Part shown: positions 10,420 through 19,355 of the stretch, piece after piece
How the letters are laid out: every line of letters begins with the position of its first letter
Position numbering within the stretch: position 1 is the stretch's first letter
The notes under the pieces: generated by a model
Database searches by the model: none
What the model was told of the DNA's origin: nothing
What the model saw: only the letters and a program-made list of their open reading frames with translations
DNA from: Polyangiaceae bacterium
Lineage (GTDB): Bacteria; Myxococcota_A; Polyangia; Polyangiales; Polyangiaceae
Assembly (NCBI GenBank): GCA_033763455.1
Contig: JANRKO010000051.1
Coordinates: 1 to 62,719 of the forward strand
DNA length: 62,719 bases
Direction: 5' to 3'
Position numbers and translations under genes: made by a program

Positions 10420-11598
10420 GTGGCTTTGAGCGTCCCGCCGCCACTCCATACGGCTGAAGTTGGCACTTTCGCGCACAACACGTTGCGCGTGCGAGTGCCG
10501 GAGATCTTGCAGAAAGTGCGGCGCGCGCTCGAACCTCTGTCTCGGGAGGTCGCTGCGAATTTCGACCAGCTCTACGCCGAGCTCACGGCTGGTGTCATTG
10601 GTGAATTCCTAGATCTGGGGCCGGATGCCGAGGATTGGCGCTTGGCCGTAGCTCCCCATGTGGGCAAAAGTTGGCTTAATTTGCCGTGGTACTTCGCCGA
10701 AGCATTCTTTTATCGGCGCGTATTGGCAGCTACAGGTTTCTTTGGGAGCGGGGCGCTCGCTCGGGTGGACCCTTACGCATCCTTCAAGATGTCGGAACTG
10801 ACCGATTCGGAAGGGTTAGGGAGATTGCGGCGTGTGCTCGATGATCTGGATCGGCTGAAGGGTGAGCGAGAACGCCTGAAAGCACTGTTCCTGGCCAGCC
10901 TCTGGGGGAACCGCGTGGACCTCAGCTACAACGTGGCGGAAAAGTTGGGCTCCCATGAAGGTGATACGGCTTCGGACCTCTTGGTGGATGATTCGGATAG
11001 GGTGGCAAGACTTTTGATCGAGAACCGAAACGCGCGGATTTCGCTGATTGCTGACAACGCGGGGACGGAATTTTTGATGGACCTCGCGCTCGTGCATGAG
11101 CTGATACAGCTTGGAGCAACGGTGGAGTTGCACTTAAAGGCCCAGCCGACGTTTGTTTCGGATGCTACCGCAGAGGATCTTGAAGCGACGCTCGCATGCC
11201 TCAGTAATTCGGCGAACGTTCGGCTTTCGGCGTTGGGGTCTGAACTTCGTGCGTTCTTGAGTCGCGGGCAGCTCGTTGCCGTGCCGGATCTGTTTTACAC
11301 GTCCAGCTTTCACTACCCACAAATGCCCCTCGCATTGCGAACACGTTTGTCTCCATGTGCGCTCGTTATCTTGAAGGGTGATGCCAACTATCGGCGGCTA
11401 TGTTCGGATGCTCACTGGCCCGCGGATACCTCGTTCTCAGCCGTTGTAGGCTATTTCCCCGCTCCACTGGTGGCGCTAAGAACGCTCAAATCCGAGGTGG
11501 TGGTTGGGCTAGCTCCCGGCGGAGCAGAAGCGTTATCGAAAGAAGATCCGGAGTGGCTAGTGAATGGTCGGCGCGGAGTGATTCAGGCGCGCCTTTAG
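10420..11598 (+). CDS. Damage-control phosphatase, ARMT1/DUF89 family
   Basis: LWGNRVDLS, DNAGTE, FVSDAT, KGDANYRRL and RTLKSE motifs. Confidence 0.9.
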   Translation: MALSVPPPLHTAEVGTFAHNTLRVRVPEILQKVRRALEPLSREVAANFDQLYAELTAGVIGEFLDLGPDAEDWRLAVAPHVGKSWLNLPWYFAEAFFYRRVLAATGFFGSGALARVDPYASFKMSELTDSEGLGRLRRVLDDLDRLKGERERLKALFLASLWGNRVDLSYNVAEKLGSHEGDTASDLLVDDSDRVARLLIENRNARISLIADNAGTEFLMDLALVHELIQLGATVELHLKAQPTFVSDATAEDLEATLACLSNSANVRLSALGSELRAFLSRGQLVAVPDLFYTSSFHYPQMPLALRTRLSPCALVILKGDANYRRLCSDAHWPADTSFSAVVGYFPAPLVALRTLKSEVVVGLAPGGAEALSKEDPEWLVNGRRGVIQARL

Positions 11599-12341
11599 CT
11601 GGCACTCTGCCGTTGCAGCTCGGCGGCTTCCAGTTGGCGTCGGCGTGCGCGAAGATCTGGATCCGCTTCTGCTTCGCGTGCTTCGGCCTGCACCTCGGCA
11701 CGGCTCATGCGGTGGCGGGCCAGAAATGCGCCATAAGCCGCGAAAAATTCCCAACTTCCGAGTAGCAGCGCGCCACCTGCGGCAACCCAGCCGAGCCGAT
11801 AACTGAGCTCGCCCGCGACGAGAAATGCTCCAGGTAGGTTGCCCAGGGACGCGGCGATATCTACCGCATGATGCTTGAGCAACATGAGGAGAGCGAAGAG
11901 CACCGAGGCAGCTCCAAGGAGCCCACGGAAAATGCGCCCGAATGGTTCCCCAGAGAAAATGCGTCGCAAGCCGCCTCCCGATGTTAAGCGGCCAAGATCC
12001 AGATGGAGACGCTTCGGCGCGATGTTGCCCCCTGTTTGCCCAAGGCCAACCAGCACGGTAGCTGCGGCCGCGAGCAAGAGAATGGGTGATGTTAACAGAA
12101 GAATGTCTTTTGCGAGGCGCGCCCCAAGCCCCGTGAAGAGCTTTTGCGGATCTCCTTGAAATTGTACTGCCAGGATGAGCTCCTCACGCCAAACGCTCAA
12201 GCCTGCAGCCAGCATCTTCGGTAAGATAGCCAAGCCTAGCGACAAGCTACCGCACACGAGAAAGAGGTTTGAAAACGGCAGATCGCCTTCGGCCCTGGCC
12301 TTTTTCAGGCGGCGTGGAGTGGGCTTTTCGGTCTTGCTCAT
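11595..12341 (-). CDS. FlhB/SctU (EscU/YscU/HrcU) family export-switch protein, lacking the C-terminal NPTH domain
   Basis: KTEKPTPRRLKKARAEG N-terminus, 4 TM segments, MSRAEVQAEAREAEADP linker. Ends at 248 aa with no NPTH. Confidence 0.85.
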   Translation of the reverse strand: MSKTEKPTPRRLKKARAEGDLPFSNLFLVCGSLSLGLAILPKMLAAGLSVWREELILAVQFQGDPQKLFTGLGARLAKDILLLTSPILLLAAAATVLVGLGQTGGNIAPKRLHLDLGRLTSGGGLRRIFSGEPFGRIFRGLLGAASVLFALLMLLKHHAVDIAASLGNLPGAFLVAGELSYRLGWVAAGGALLLGSWEFFAAYGAFLARHRMSRAEVQAEAREAEADPDLRARRRQLEAAELQRQSAS

Positions 12342-12389
12342 GCGAAAATTGTCGCCCTTTTCCCGGCCTAGGTGAAAGCGAAAGCGAGC

Positions 12390-13487
12390 TCAAAAGAACG
12401 GACGAATGCCCATGCGCAAGCTGTTGGCGGTTGTTTGGATTACGGGCACGCGTAGCTCTGAAGGAGGGTGAGAACGGGCGAAATCAAATATATCGCCGCC
12501 GCCGCTTAAGCCGGCGAAAAACTTCATGGTGAGTAGGCCTCCCCCTTCGGTCCAGCGGTAGCCGCTCATCCGCGCTCCCGCATCGAGCACATTGACGGTG
12601 CCCGCCACATCGGCCGCGTATTCATTCGGTTGGTTGAATACAGGCACCTGGCTCGAAAGAATGTGCGAAAGCTCGGCGGCAGTGACGGCCATCCCCTGGG
12701 CTGTGCAGGGGAGGTGCCCAAGGTAATGGTGGCCAAGCTCGTGCCCCAAGACAAAGGCAATTTGTTCGTCCAGCAGCTGGTGTTGGCGCGCAAGTTTTCG
12801 AGAATCGAGGGCCTGCGCCGGTGTGTAAAAGCCAGGTGCTGGGCGCGGCGGAGGTTGATCGGCCTTGAGTTTGCTAGCCACAAGGCTGATGTATTCGCCA
12901 AGCTTTTGCGTCCCAAACACTTCGTCCGTCGCGGCGGCTTGCGCCAAATTGGCTTCAATATCGAGAATTCCAGCGGTAATTACCATGGCCGCTTTGTCCT
13001 TCGAGCACGAAGCAAATGCGTTCACTTCGGCGAGGTTGTTATCGAACAAGAGCGGAATGCTCGCAACGCGGCTACGCTTCGGATCCGGGAGTGCTTGGAT
13101 CAAATTTGCCAAAATAGCTTGTGCTCGGCCATGAAGAAAGGCCATGTCGATGTTGTTGATCGGATCGCTGGTAACCTGTGGCCCAGGCTGTGGTGCCGGT
13201 GGAGCTGGCGGTGGGTAATTGGGAGCCGCGGGAGCTGGTGTAGGAGAGGTACTGGGAGCCGGCGGATAGCTTGGCGGCGGCGGATATCCAGGTTGAGGTG
13301 CAGGGGCTGGGCCGGGAGCGTAACCAGGCGGGGGCGCATAACCTGGGCCCTGTGCGTAGGGTGGCGCGTAGCCAGGAGGCGGAGAGTTGTTCGGGTACTG
13401 GACGGGCCTATCAGGTTCGCAGGCGGAAGCCGCGGAAAAGGCGAGGCCGAAAACGAAGCAAAATGGGGCTATCCTTGTGCGGGTCAT
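12390..13487 (-). CDS. M48-family zinc metalloprotease lipoprotein with Pro-rich N-terminus
   Basis: EVNAFA, FVLGHELGHHYLGH (HExxH), EYAAD and SHPP motifs. PPGY-rich linker. Confidence 0.85.
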   Translation of the reverse strand: MTRTRIAPFCFVFGLAFSAASACEPDRPVQYPNNSPPPGYAPPYAQGPGYAPPPGYAPGPAPAPQPGYPPPPSYPPAPSTSPTPAPAAPNYPPPAPPAPQPGPQVTSDPINNIDMAFLHGRAQAILANLIQALPDPKRSRVASIPLLFDNNLAEVNAFASCSKDKAAMVITAGILDIEANLAQAAATDEVFGTQKLGEYISLVASKLKADQPPPRPAPGFYTPAQALDSRKLARQHQLLDEQIAFVLGHELGHHYLGHLPCTAQGMAVTAAELSHILSSQVPVFNQPNEYAADVAGTVNVLDAGARMSGYRWTEGGGLLTMKFFAGLSGGGDIFDFARSHPPSELRVPVIQTTANSLRMGIRPFF

Positions 13488-13606
13488 GCGCCCCAGAACC
13501 AAACCACGCGGCAGGCGATTTGGCCAGTAAGGCGCGCGCGTGGCCAACAATCGCGGGCGTTCGGCAGCCTTTGGCACTATGAATCGACGGCTCGGTTAAA
13601 GGATCC

Positions 13607-14761
13607 ATGTCTCGGCGTTTTCCCTTCGGACCCCAAAGAGACTCAGGCACGTTCATCGTTGGCACGCGCGTGGAGCTCCTGACCGAACCTGTGCTCGCGT
13701 TCGACGCGATGATCCGGGAAATCGATCAAGCCAAACATCAGGTGTTGCTGGAGATGTATTGGTTTGCTTCTGATACCGTGGGTTGGCGCTTCTGTGAGCA
13801 CTTGTGTCAGGCGGCCGCACGGGGAGTGTGGGTAGCGGTGATGTACGACGCCTTGGGCTCTTGGGATACGGACGAAGCGCTCTTCGAGACGCTGCGCGCC
13901 GCGGGCGTGGAGGTCATAGAGTATGGCCCCATCGCTCCGTGGCGACGGCGGTTTGCCTGGCGTCGGCTCAGCCTGCGAGACCACCGAAAGATCTTAGTGG
14001 TAGATGGTAAGGTCGGGTTCACAGGTGGCCTCAATCTGTCCAAGGAGTCGCTCCCAGTGGCGGCTGGTGGTGATGGTTGGCGCGATGATGCTGTTCGTCT
14101 GGAAGGCCCGGCGGTGGCAGCTCTAGCCGATTGTTTTTGGCAGACTCATCGCCGAGAGCGTGGGCGCCAAACGATGCATCCACATGTTTCAGAAGCGGCC
14201 CCAGTTGCCGATGCGGCCATGGTGCGCGTGCTTTCGCAGAACGGCCCGCGGCGCCGCTATCAGATCCTCTCCGCTTACCTTGAGCGCATTCGCGGCGCCA
14301 AACAGCGCGTTTGGCTGAAAAATGCCTACTTTATTCCGGATCGCCGAGTTCGAAAGGCGCTTTCGGAAGCCGCTCGGCGCGGGGTAGATGTACGCGTGGT
14401 GGTGCCCATGAAGAGCGATGTGCCCATCGCAAAATATGCGGGCCAACGCACCTTCGGCGGGCTGATGCGAAATGGCGTGCGTTTGTTTGCGTGGCTGCCC
14501 AGCGTCTTGCACTCGAAAACAGCAGTGGTGGACGGCCTGTGGAGCACGGTGGGCACCTTTAACTTAGATCACATGTCCTTTCGCACGAACCTTGAGGTGA
14601 ACGTGGGCGTGTTGGATGCCGGCTTTGCCCAGCAGATGGAAGCCTCCTTCTTGGCAGACCTAGAGCAATGCCGTGAGATTGTGCTGAGCGAGTTCGAACG
14701 CCGTTCGTTCGTGGAACGCTCGGTGGAGTTCTTCCTGTATCAGTTCAGGAGATTTCTGTAG
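13607..14761 (+). CDS. clsB: Cardiolipin synthase B-like phospholipase D
   Basis: Two HKD motifs (DHRKILVVDG, LHSKTAVVDG). No N-terminal TM helices. Confidence 0.85.
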   Translation: MSRRFPFGPQRDSGTFIVGTRVELLTEPVLAFDAMIREIDQAKHQVLLEMYWFASDTVGWRFCEHLCQAAARGVWVAVMYDALGSWDTDEALFETLRAAGVEVIEYGPIAPWRRRFAWRRLSLRDHRKILVVDGKVGFTGGLNLSKESLPVAAGGDGWRDDAVRLEGPAVAALADCFWQTHRRERGRQTMHPHVSEAAPVADAAMVRVLSQNGPRRRYQILSAYLERIRGAKQRVWLKNAYFIPDRRVRKALSEAARRGVDVRVVVPMKSDVPIAKYAGQRTFGGLMRNGVRLFAWLPSVLHSKTAVVDGLWSTVGTFNLDHMSFRTNLEVNVGVLDAGFAQQMEASFLADLEQCREIVLSEFERRSFVERSVEFFLYQFRRFL

Positions 14762-14780
14762 GCTTCCGGGGATTTGAAAG

Positions 14781-15929
14781 ATGGCCTTCGAGTTAAGAAC
14801 CCACGCAAGCATCAGCGAGATTGGAAAAGCGGCGTGGGATGCGCTGCTCCATCCGAAGGATCCACCGTTTCTCTCTTACACGTGGCTTTCCCTGCTGGAG
14901 AAAACGGGTTGCGTTGCGCCTGAAAAAGGCTGGCAGCCCTCGCATATTTCGCTTTGGGAAGAGGGCGCGCTGGTGGCTGTTGCGCCGGCGTACCTGAAGG
15001 GTAACAGCGAAGGCGAATTCGTGTTCGATTACAGCTGGGCGGAGCTTTCACACCAGCGCTTAGGCACGCCGTATTATCCGAAATTGCTATTAGCAGTGCC
15101 TTTCACGCCTGCGAGTGGCCCGCGGCTCTTGGTGCGTGAGGGGCATGATGAAGCACAGCTCCTGCAAGTCTTGGCTCACGCCTTGGAGCGCTTAGTGGGT
15201 GAGCTCGATTGTTCGAGTGCGCATCTGCTTTTCCCTAATCGGGCACAGGCTTCGATCCTCGCGACCACCGAGCTCTTGCACCGTCAAGGCGTGCAATTTC
15301 ATTGGACGAACTACGGGTACAAATCCTTCGATGATTTCTTGGCGCGCTTCAGCTCCAAGCGCCGCCACCAGATCCGGCGCGAGCGACGAGAAGTGCTCGC
15401 ATCAGGTCTTGAGATTCGGGTGCACACGGGCCCGAGCATCACCGAAGAGGTGGTGCACGCCATGTACGAATTTTACGCGGATACGGTGAGCAAGCACTAT
15501 TGGGGGCGGCACTATCTTTCACGCGAATTCTTCGTTGAGATCTGCACTGCCATGCCGGAATCCCTGCACATTGTGATGGCTTGGGAAGGCGGCAAACCGA
15601 TCGGCGGAGCCTTCAATATCCTGGGCAAAGATGCACTTTATGGCCGCTATTGGGGCGCGCGCGCGGAGCGGCCATTCCTGCATTTTGAGGTGTGCTTCTA
15701 TACAGGTATCGAGGAATGCATCCAGCGAGGCTTGAGTATTTTTGAGCCAGGTGCCGGCGGTGAGCATAAAGTGGCGCGAGGCTTCGAGCCAACGGCTACA
15801 GATTCTTGGCACTATTTGAAGCACCCGGTATTGGCGCGCGCCGTTGGGGATTTTGTGGCGCGAGAGCGAGCCACCATTGCGCAACATATTGAGGCTGCGC
15901 GTGCGGAGGGGGTGTTGAAGGGGATTTGA
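14781..15929 (+). CDS. FemAB-like GNAT-family protein (DUF482 type)
   Basis: GEFVFDYSWA, YYPKL, VPFTPASGPR, LYGRYWG and GAGGEHKVARGF motifs. Confidence 0.88.
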   Translation: MAFELRTHASISEIGKAAWDALLHPKDPPFLSYTWLSLLEKTGCVAPEKGWQPSHISLWEEGALVAVAPAYLKGNSEGEFVFDYSWAELSHQRLGTPYYPKLLLAVPFTPASGPRLLVREGHDEAQLLQVLAHALERLVGELDCSSAHLLFPNRAQASILATTELLHRQGVQFHWTNYGYKSFDDFLARFSSKRRHQIRRERREVLASGLEIRVHTGPSITEEVVHAMYEFYADTVSKHYWGRHYLSREFFVEICTAMPESLHIVMAWEGGKPIGGAFNILGKDALYGRYWGARAERPFLHFEVCFYTGIEECIQRGLSIFEPGAGGEHKVARGFEPTATDSWHYLKHPVLARAVGDFVARERATIAQHIEAARAEGVLKGI

Positions 15930-16061
15930 GGGGGGCTAGTCAATTGGCTTCCTTCGAAACGTAGTGGAACCCTCAGCTCCGCCCAGGACTGCCCCCGTGG
16001 CCTGGCCCCTACAGCTCCGTTTGGTCCCAAGCGGTGCATTCATGGGGGAGCACAAACTCAA

Positions 16062-16118
16062 GCCGTGGCGCATGTGGCGGAGCTGGAGTTGGAGCTTCAG
16101 CGCATTCGAGGTCGTTGA
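16062..16118 (+). pseudogene. Possible 3' tail remnant of a Uma2-type endonuclease gene
   Basis: AVAHVAELELELQRIRGR* resembles the coiled C-terminal tail of myxobacterial Uma2 proteins. No upstream body is present. Confidence 0.25.
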
Positions 16119-16146
16119 GGGAGCTCCTTTCGAGGCGCGGAACGCC

Positions 16147-16470
16147 CTATTGGGGAATCGCCGTTACCAGCGCACTGCTTGGAACAATCTCACCGGGTAC
16201 GAGCTCCGATTCCCCGGGTTTGCTCCAGCGCACGACGGCATGGGTGTCGCCCAGGTTTTCACGGTGAAAAAGGTCGAGGTAGTATAACTTGCCAGCTTCT
16301 AACCGAATGGCGCTTGATTTTTGTTCTGGCCCGCTGAAGTCGCCCATAGGTGAATACGGGCTCACCCACGCGATCGGCTTGGCCTTGGTCGGGGACTCAT
16401 CACTGCTTAACCACAACTGACACTCGTTATCGCCAGCGAGCCAGAATATGTAGTCCCCCGCTACGGGCAT
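16147..16470 (-). pseudogene. PA14-domain C-terminal fragment (5'-truncated)
   Basis: GDYIFWLAGDNECQLWLSSD...IRLEAGKLYYLDLFHRE...VRW matches the second half of PA14. Begins back-to-back with the next gene. Confidence 0.7.
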
Positions 16471-17845
16471 GAAGCGAGGTCGAGCCGCAATTCTCCTGAT
16501 TTTGCCCGCCCTGGGCGCAGCCGCGCTCTGGGGTGGCCTTCGTACGGGTGGCCTCCATTCCTCCCCAAGCCCTTCTTTGGAACTTGGATCGCCGTCAGGT
16601 GCTCATCCAATTGTAGCTCCGCCCGCGTCTACCTCAGGAGTTCAGAGAGAACGTACGGCGCCACACGGTCCCGACCTAGCAGTATGGCGGGTGCCCATCC
16701 ACCCCGATGATCCAGTTGCAGGACCAAGCGACGCCTTGGTGACGGTGGTTGCGTTCTCGGACTTTGAATCGCCACCCGCAAAACGCGCAGCACAGACGCT
16801 CACGGCCCTGCGCCACGAGTTCCCACGCGACCTTCGAGTTGTCTGGAAGGATGATCCTTTGCCCTTCAATCCCCACGCCAGGGCAGCAGCACGTTTCGCG
16901 CGCTCTGTTCACGCGCAGAGGGGAACTTCAGACTTCTGGCGCGCCCACGATTTGCTTTTTGAGAACCAGGCGAACCTAAATCCGGCTGGCCTGCGCGCTA
17001 TCGCTGCAAAACTGGGCATCCCCTGGTCGAGCCTCGATCCAGAAAACGCAACATCTAAAGTTTTGGCGAAGGTCGACCAAAATATAGAACTGGCCCGTGA
17101 TGTCGAAGCGCGCGGCACTCCCCACTTTTTCATCAATGGGGTGCGCCTCCCCGGTGCGAAACCCATCGAGAAGTTCAGAGAACGCATTCGCGCTGCTCTC
17201 ACAAGCGCCCAAGCCCTAGAACAAACGGGCATAAATCGAGCCGAAATCTACGAACACATCCTCCGCACCGGAAAACAGCTGCCCGTCCCAGATAAGCGCG
17301 ACCTCCCGCCGCCAAGCGCTCCCGCGCCATTCCTCGGTGCTCCCAAGGCAAAGGTGGTCATCCAGTATTGGTCCACCTTCCCCTGCGAAACCTGTGCTCG
17401 AACCATGTTCCTCCTCTACGACCTAGTGAAAGAATACCCCAAGGACGTTCAAATCATCTGGCGAAACGCCGCAGCCGCTCCCAGCTCCGATCCGTTCCGC
17501 GCTGCCCAAGCCCTTCGAGAAGTGTTCTCCCAGAAAGGCGCCGCCGCATTCTGGCCCTATCACAACCGCCTGCTCGAATCCCAAGGCGCCCCCGTCCCGT
17601 TTTCTCCAACCTCGCTCGAAAAGCTGGCCCAAGATCTAGAGCTGGATGTCCCCAAGTTCAAACGAGCGCTCACCTCCAACAAGCATGCTGCGATGGCTAG
17701 CGCAGATGCTGCAGTTGCGCAGCAAGCTGGCCTCACCACTGTGCCTTCGTTCACGGTCAACGGCTATGTTCTGAGCGGCGCACCGAGCCCGTCTGAGTTT
17801 CGGCGAATGATTCAGCGTGCGTTGAGGGAGGCTGGGGGGAGGTGA
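16469..17845 (+). CDS. Membrane-anchored two-domain DsbA/thioredoxin-family protein
   Basis: N-terminal TM, two Trx-fold domains (GTPHFFING, TVPSFTVNG). Domain 1 has SPPA in place of CxxC; domain 2 has CETC. Confidence 0.88.
   Translation: MKRGRAAILLILPALGAAALWGGLRTGGLHSSPSPSLELGSPSGAHPIVAPPASTSGVQRERTAPHGPDLAVWRVPIHPDDPVAGPSDALVTVVAFSDFESPPAKRAAQTLTALRHEFPRDLRVVWKDDPLPFNPHARAAARFARSVHAQRGTSDFWRAHDLLFENQANLNPAGLRAIAAKLGIPWSSLDPENATSKVLAKVDQNIELARDVEARGTPHFFINGVRLPGAKPIEKFRERIRAALTSAQALEQTGINRAEIYEHILRTGKQLPVPDKRDLPPPSAPAPFLGAPKAKVVIQYWSTFPCETCARTMFLLYDLVKEYPKDVQIIWRNAAAAPSSDPFRAAQALREVFSQKGAAAFWPYHNRLLESQGAPVPFSPTSLEKLAQDLELDVPKFKRALTSNKHAAMASADAAVAQQAGLTTVPSFTVNGYVLSGAPSPSEFRRMIQRALREAGGR
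17093..17293 (+). repeat. Direct repeat copy 1 (inside the dsbA-like gene)
   Basis: Aligns to 18750-18949 with about 23 differences in 201 nt (manual count). Confidence 0.95.
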
Positions 17846-17878
17846 GGGGTATTTCCACCACCCACGAGCTGCACTAAC

Positions 17879-18745
17879 GTGACCGGTGTGCGCCTGAACC
17901 CCACCAATGATCTCGTATTCAAGCTCCTGCTCGTGTCGGACCAAGCACTGCTCGTGGATATGATCGAAGCGGTTCTTGACCCGCCTTCGCCCATCGAGAG
18001 TCTCGAGGTCCTCGATCCGGAAATTCCCGGGGATCTCACTGGGGACAAAGCGATCCGCCTGGACGTTCGGGCCCGGTTCCGAGATGGCTCCCTTGTTGAT
18101 GTAGAAATGCAAGCGCAAGGGCGGCCGGCGTTCCCCTCCCGGTTGCTGTTCTATTGGGGCCGCAACTACACTGACACGCTGGCGAGGGGGCAGGAATATT
18201 CGGCACTTCGCCCTGCGGTCTCAGTGGTGTGGTGCACGTCAACGGTGGTACCAACTGGGCGTTTCCACAACACTTTTCTGGCTTTAGAAAAGAGCTGCGG
18301 CTACCCGCTGAGCGACCACTTTCAGATCCATGTGCTACAGTTGCCGCACCTGTCCGAGGCCCTCGATGTTTCACTGCGGTTGCAGCGTTGGGCCAGGTTT
18401 CTCGGAGCTTCCACAGATCAAGAGTTTGATACCCTAGCGAAGGAAGACCCCATCATGGCCCAAGCAGTGCAAGACCTCGACAAGCTCTCGCTCGATCCAC
18501 AGGCCCGTCGGCGCGCTCAAGCCCGCGAAGACGATTTGCGCATGTATAGGAACTCGCTCGTGGAGTCTCGTCTGGAGGGTGAAGCGAAAGGCAGGGCCGA
18601 AACGGTGTTGAAGGTGCTCACCTACCGGTTCGGTCCTGTGAGTGAATCTCTTGCAGCGAAAGTGCGAGCAGCGTCGGTCGACGTGCTGGATGAGTACACG
18701 TTGCGAGCGGTAACAGCGAAGAGCCTGGATGAAGTTTTGGAGTAG
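17879..18745 (+). CDS. Rpn-family recombination-promoting nuclease / PD-(D/E)XK putative transposase
   Basis: PTNDLVFK, RLDVRA, VDVEMQ, RLLFYWGRNY motifs. C-terminal EGEAKG...RFG DUF4351-like tail. Confidence 0.92.
   Translation: MTGVRLNPTNDLVFKLLLVSDQALLVDMIEAVLDPPSPIESLEVLDPEIPGDLTGDKAIRLDVRARFRDGSLVDVEMQAQGRPAFPSRLLFYWGRNYTDTLARGQEYSALRPAVSVVWCTSTVVPTGRFHNTFLALEKSCGYPLSDHFQIHVLQLPHLSEALDVSLRLQRWARFLGASTDQEFDTLAKEDPIMAQAVQDLDKLSLDPQARRRAQAREDDLRMYRNSLVESRLEGEAKGRAETVLKVLTYRFGPVSESLAAKVRAASVDVLDEYTLRAVTAKSLDEVLE
18455..18745 (+). CDS. Candidate in-frame internal small Rpn protein (RpnS-like, 96 aa)
   Basis: AAGGAAG at 18440-18446 precedes in-frame ATG 18455 at the nuclease/C-terminal boundary. 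Confidence 0.45.
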   Translation: MAQAVQDLDKLSLDPQARRRAQAREDDLRMYRNSLVESRLEGEAKGRAETVLKVLTYRFGPVSESLAAKVRAASVDVLDEYTLRAVTAKSLDEVLE

Positions 18746-18749
18746 CACA

Positions 18750-18949
18750 GCCCGTGATGTCGAAGCGCGCGGCACTCCCACGTTTTCATCAATGGGGCAC
18801 GCCTCCCAGGTGCCAAACCCATCGAGAAGTTCAGAGAACGCGTTCGCGACGCTCTCACGAGCGCCTGAGTCCTAGAACGAACGGGCGTAGCTCGAGCGGA
18901 AATCTACGAATACATCCTCCGTGCTGGAACACAGCTGCCCGTCCCAGAT
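18750..18949 (+). repeat. Direct repeat copy 2: degenerate dsbA-like fragment
   Basis: About 88% identical to 17093-17293, with a 1-nt deletion and a CAA>TGA stop. Starts at the 5th base after the Rpn stop. Confidence 0.95.
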
Positions 18950-19029
18950 TACTCGGATAGATCTCGCCCGGAACCGGAAGTTGGTGTTTTCGAGCTACGC
19001 CGCTCGCCTCACGCCAACTTGAAGCTTTA

Positions 19030-19355
19030 GCCCTCCTTAGTTGGCTCAACGGCACGACTTCGATTTTCTTAGCAGGCGCATAGCGTTTCGCACCGGGGTA
19101 GACGACGCGCAGCTCGTCGAGCTTGAGATCGGCTAAGGCGATGCGCATTGAGGGGGTAAGCGTGGGTGCGTCGGCGCGGTTGCACTCGATACCTACGCGG
19201 CGGCCGCCCTTGAAGAGGAGAAGGTCAAGTGCGGCACCGTTGTGAGTGGTCCAGTAGGGGGCGTCGTCGGGTACTGACGAGGGCGGAGCAAAGCGACGAT
19301 GCGGCTGCGCTTCAAGTGACCCATCAGCGACGCCAGCGGTTCGGACCGGAGCCAT
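19030..19355 (-). pseudogene. AAA+ ATPase-DUF4143 gene with a large internal deletion
   Basis: N-terminal LKRSRIVALL(R)PRQ (start of Walker A) joined near 19275, out of frame, to C-terminal YWTTHNGAALDLLLFKGGRRVGIEC...DLKLDELRVVYPG. Confidence 0.8.

Noticed and set aside
8086..13682. Long antisense ORFs (8086-9150, 9549-10481, 12630-13682)
   Set aside because: They shadow well-supported genes on the other strand, have no motifs, and are expected at high GC.
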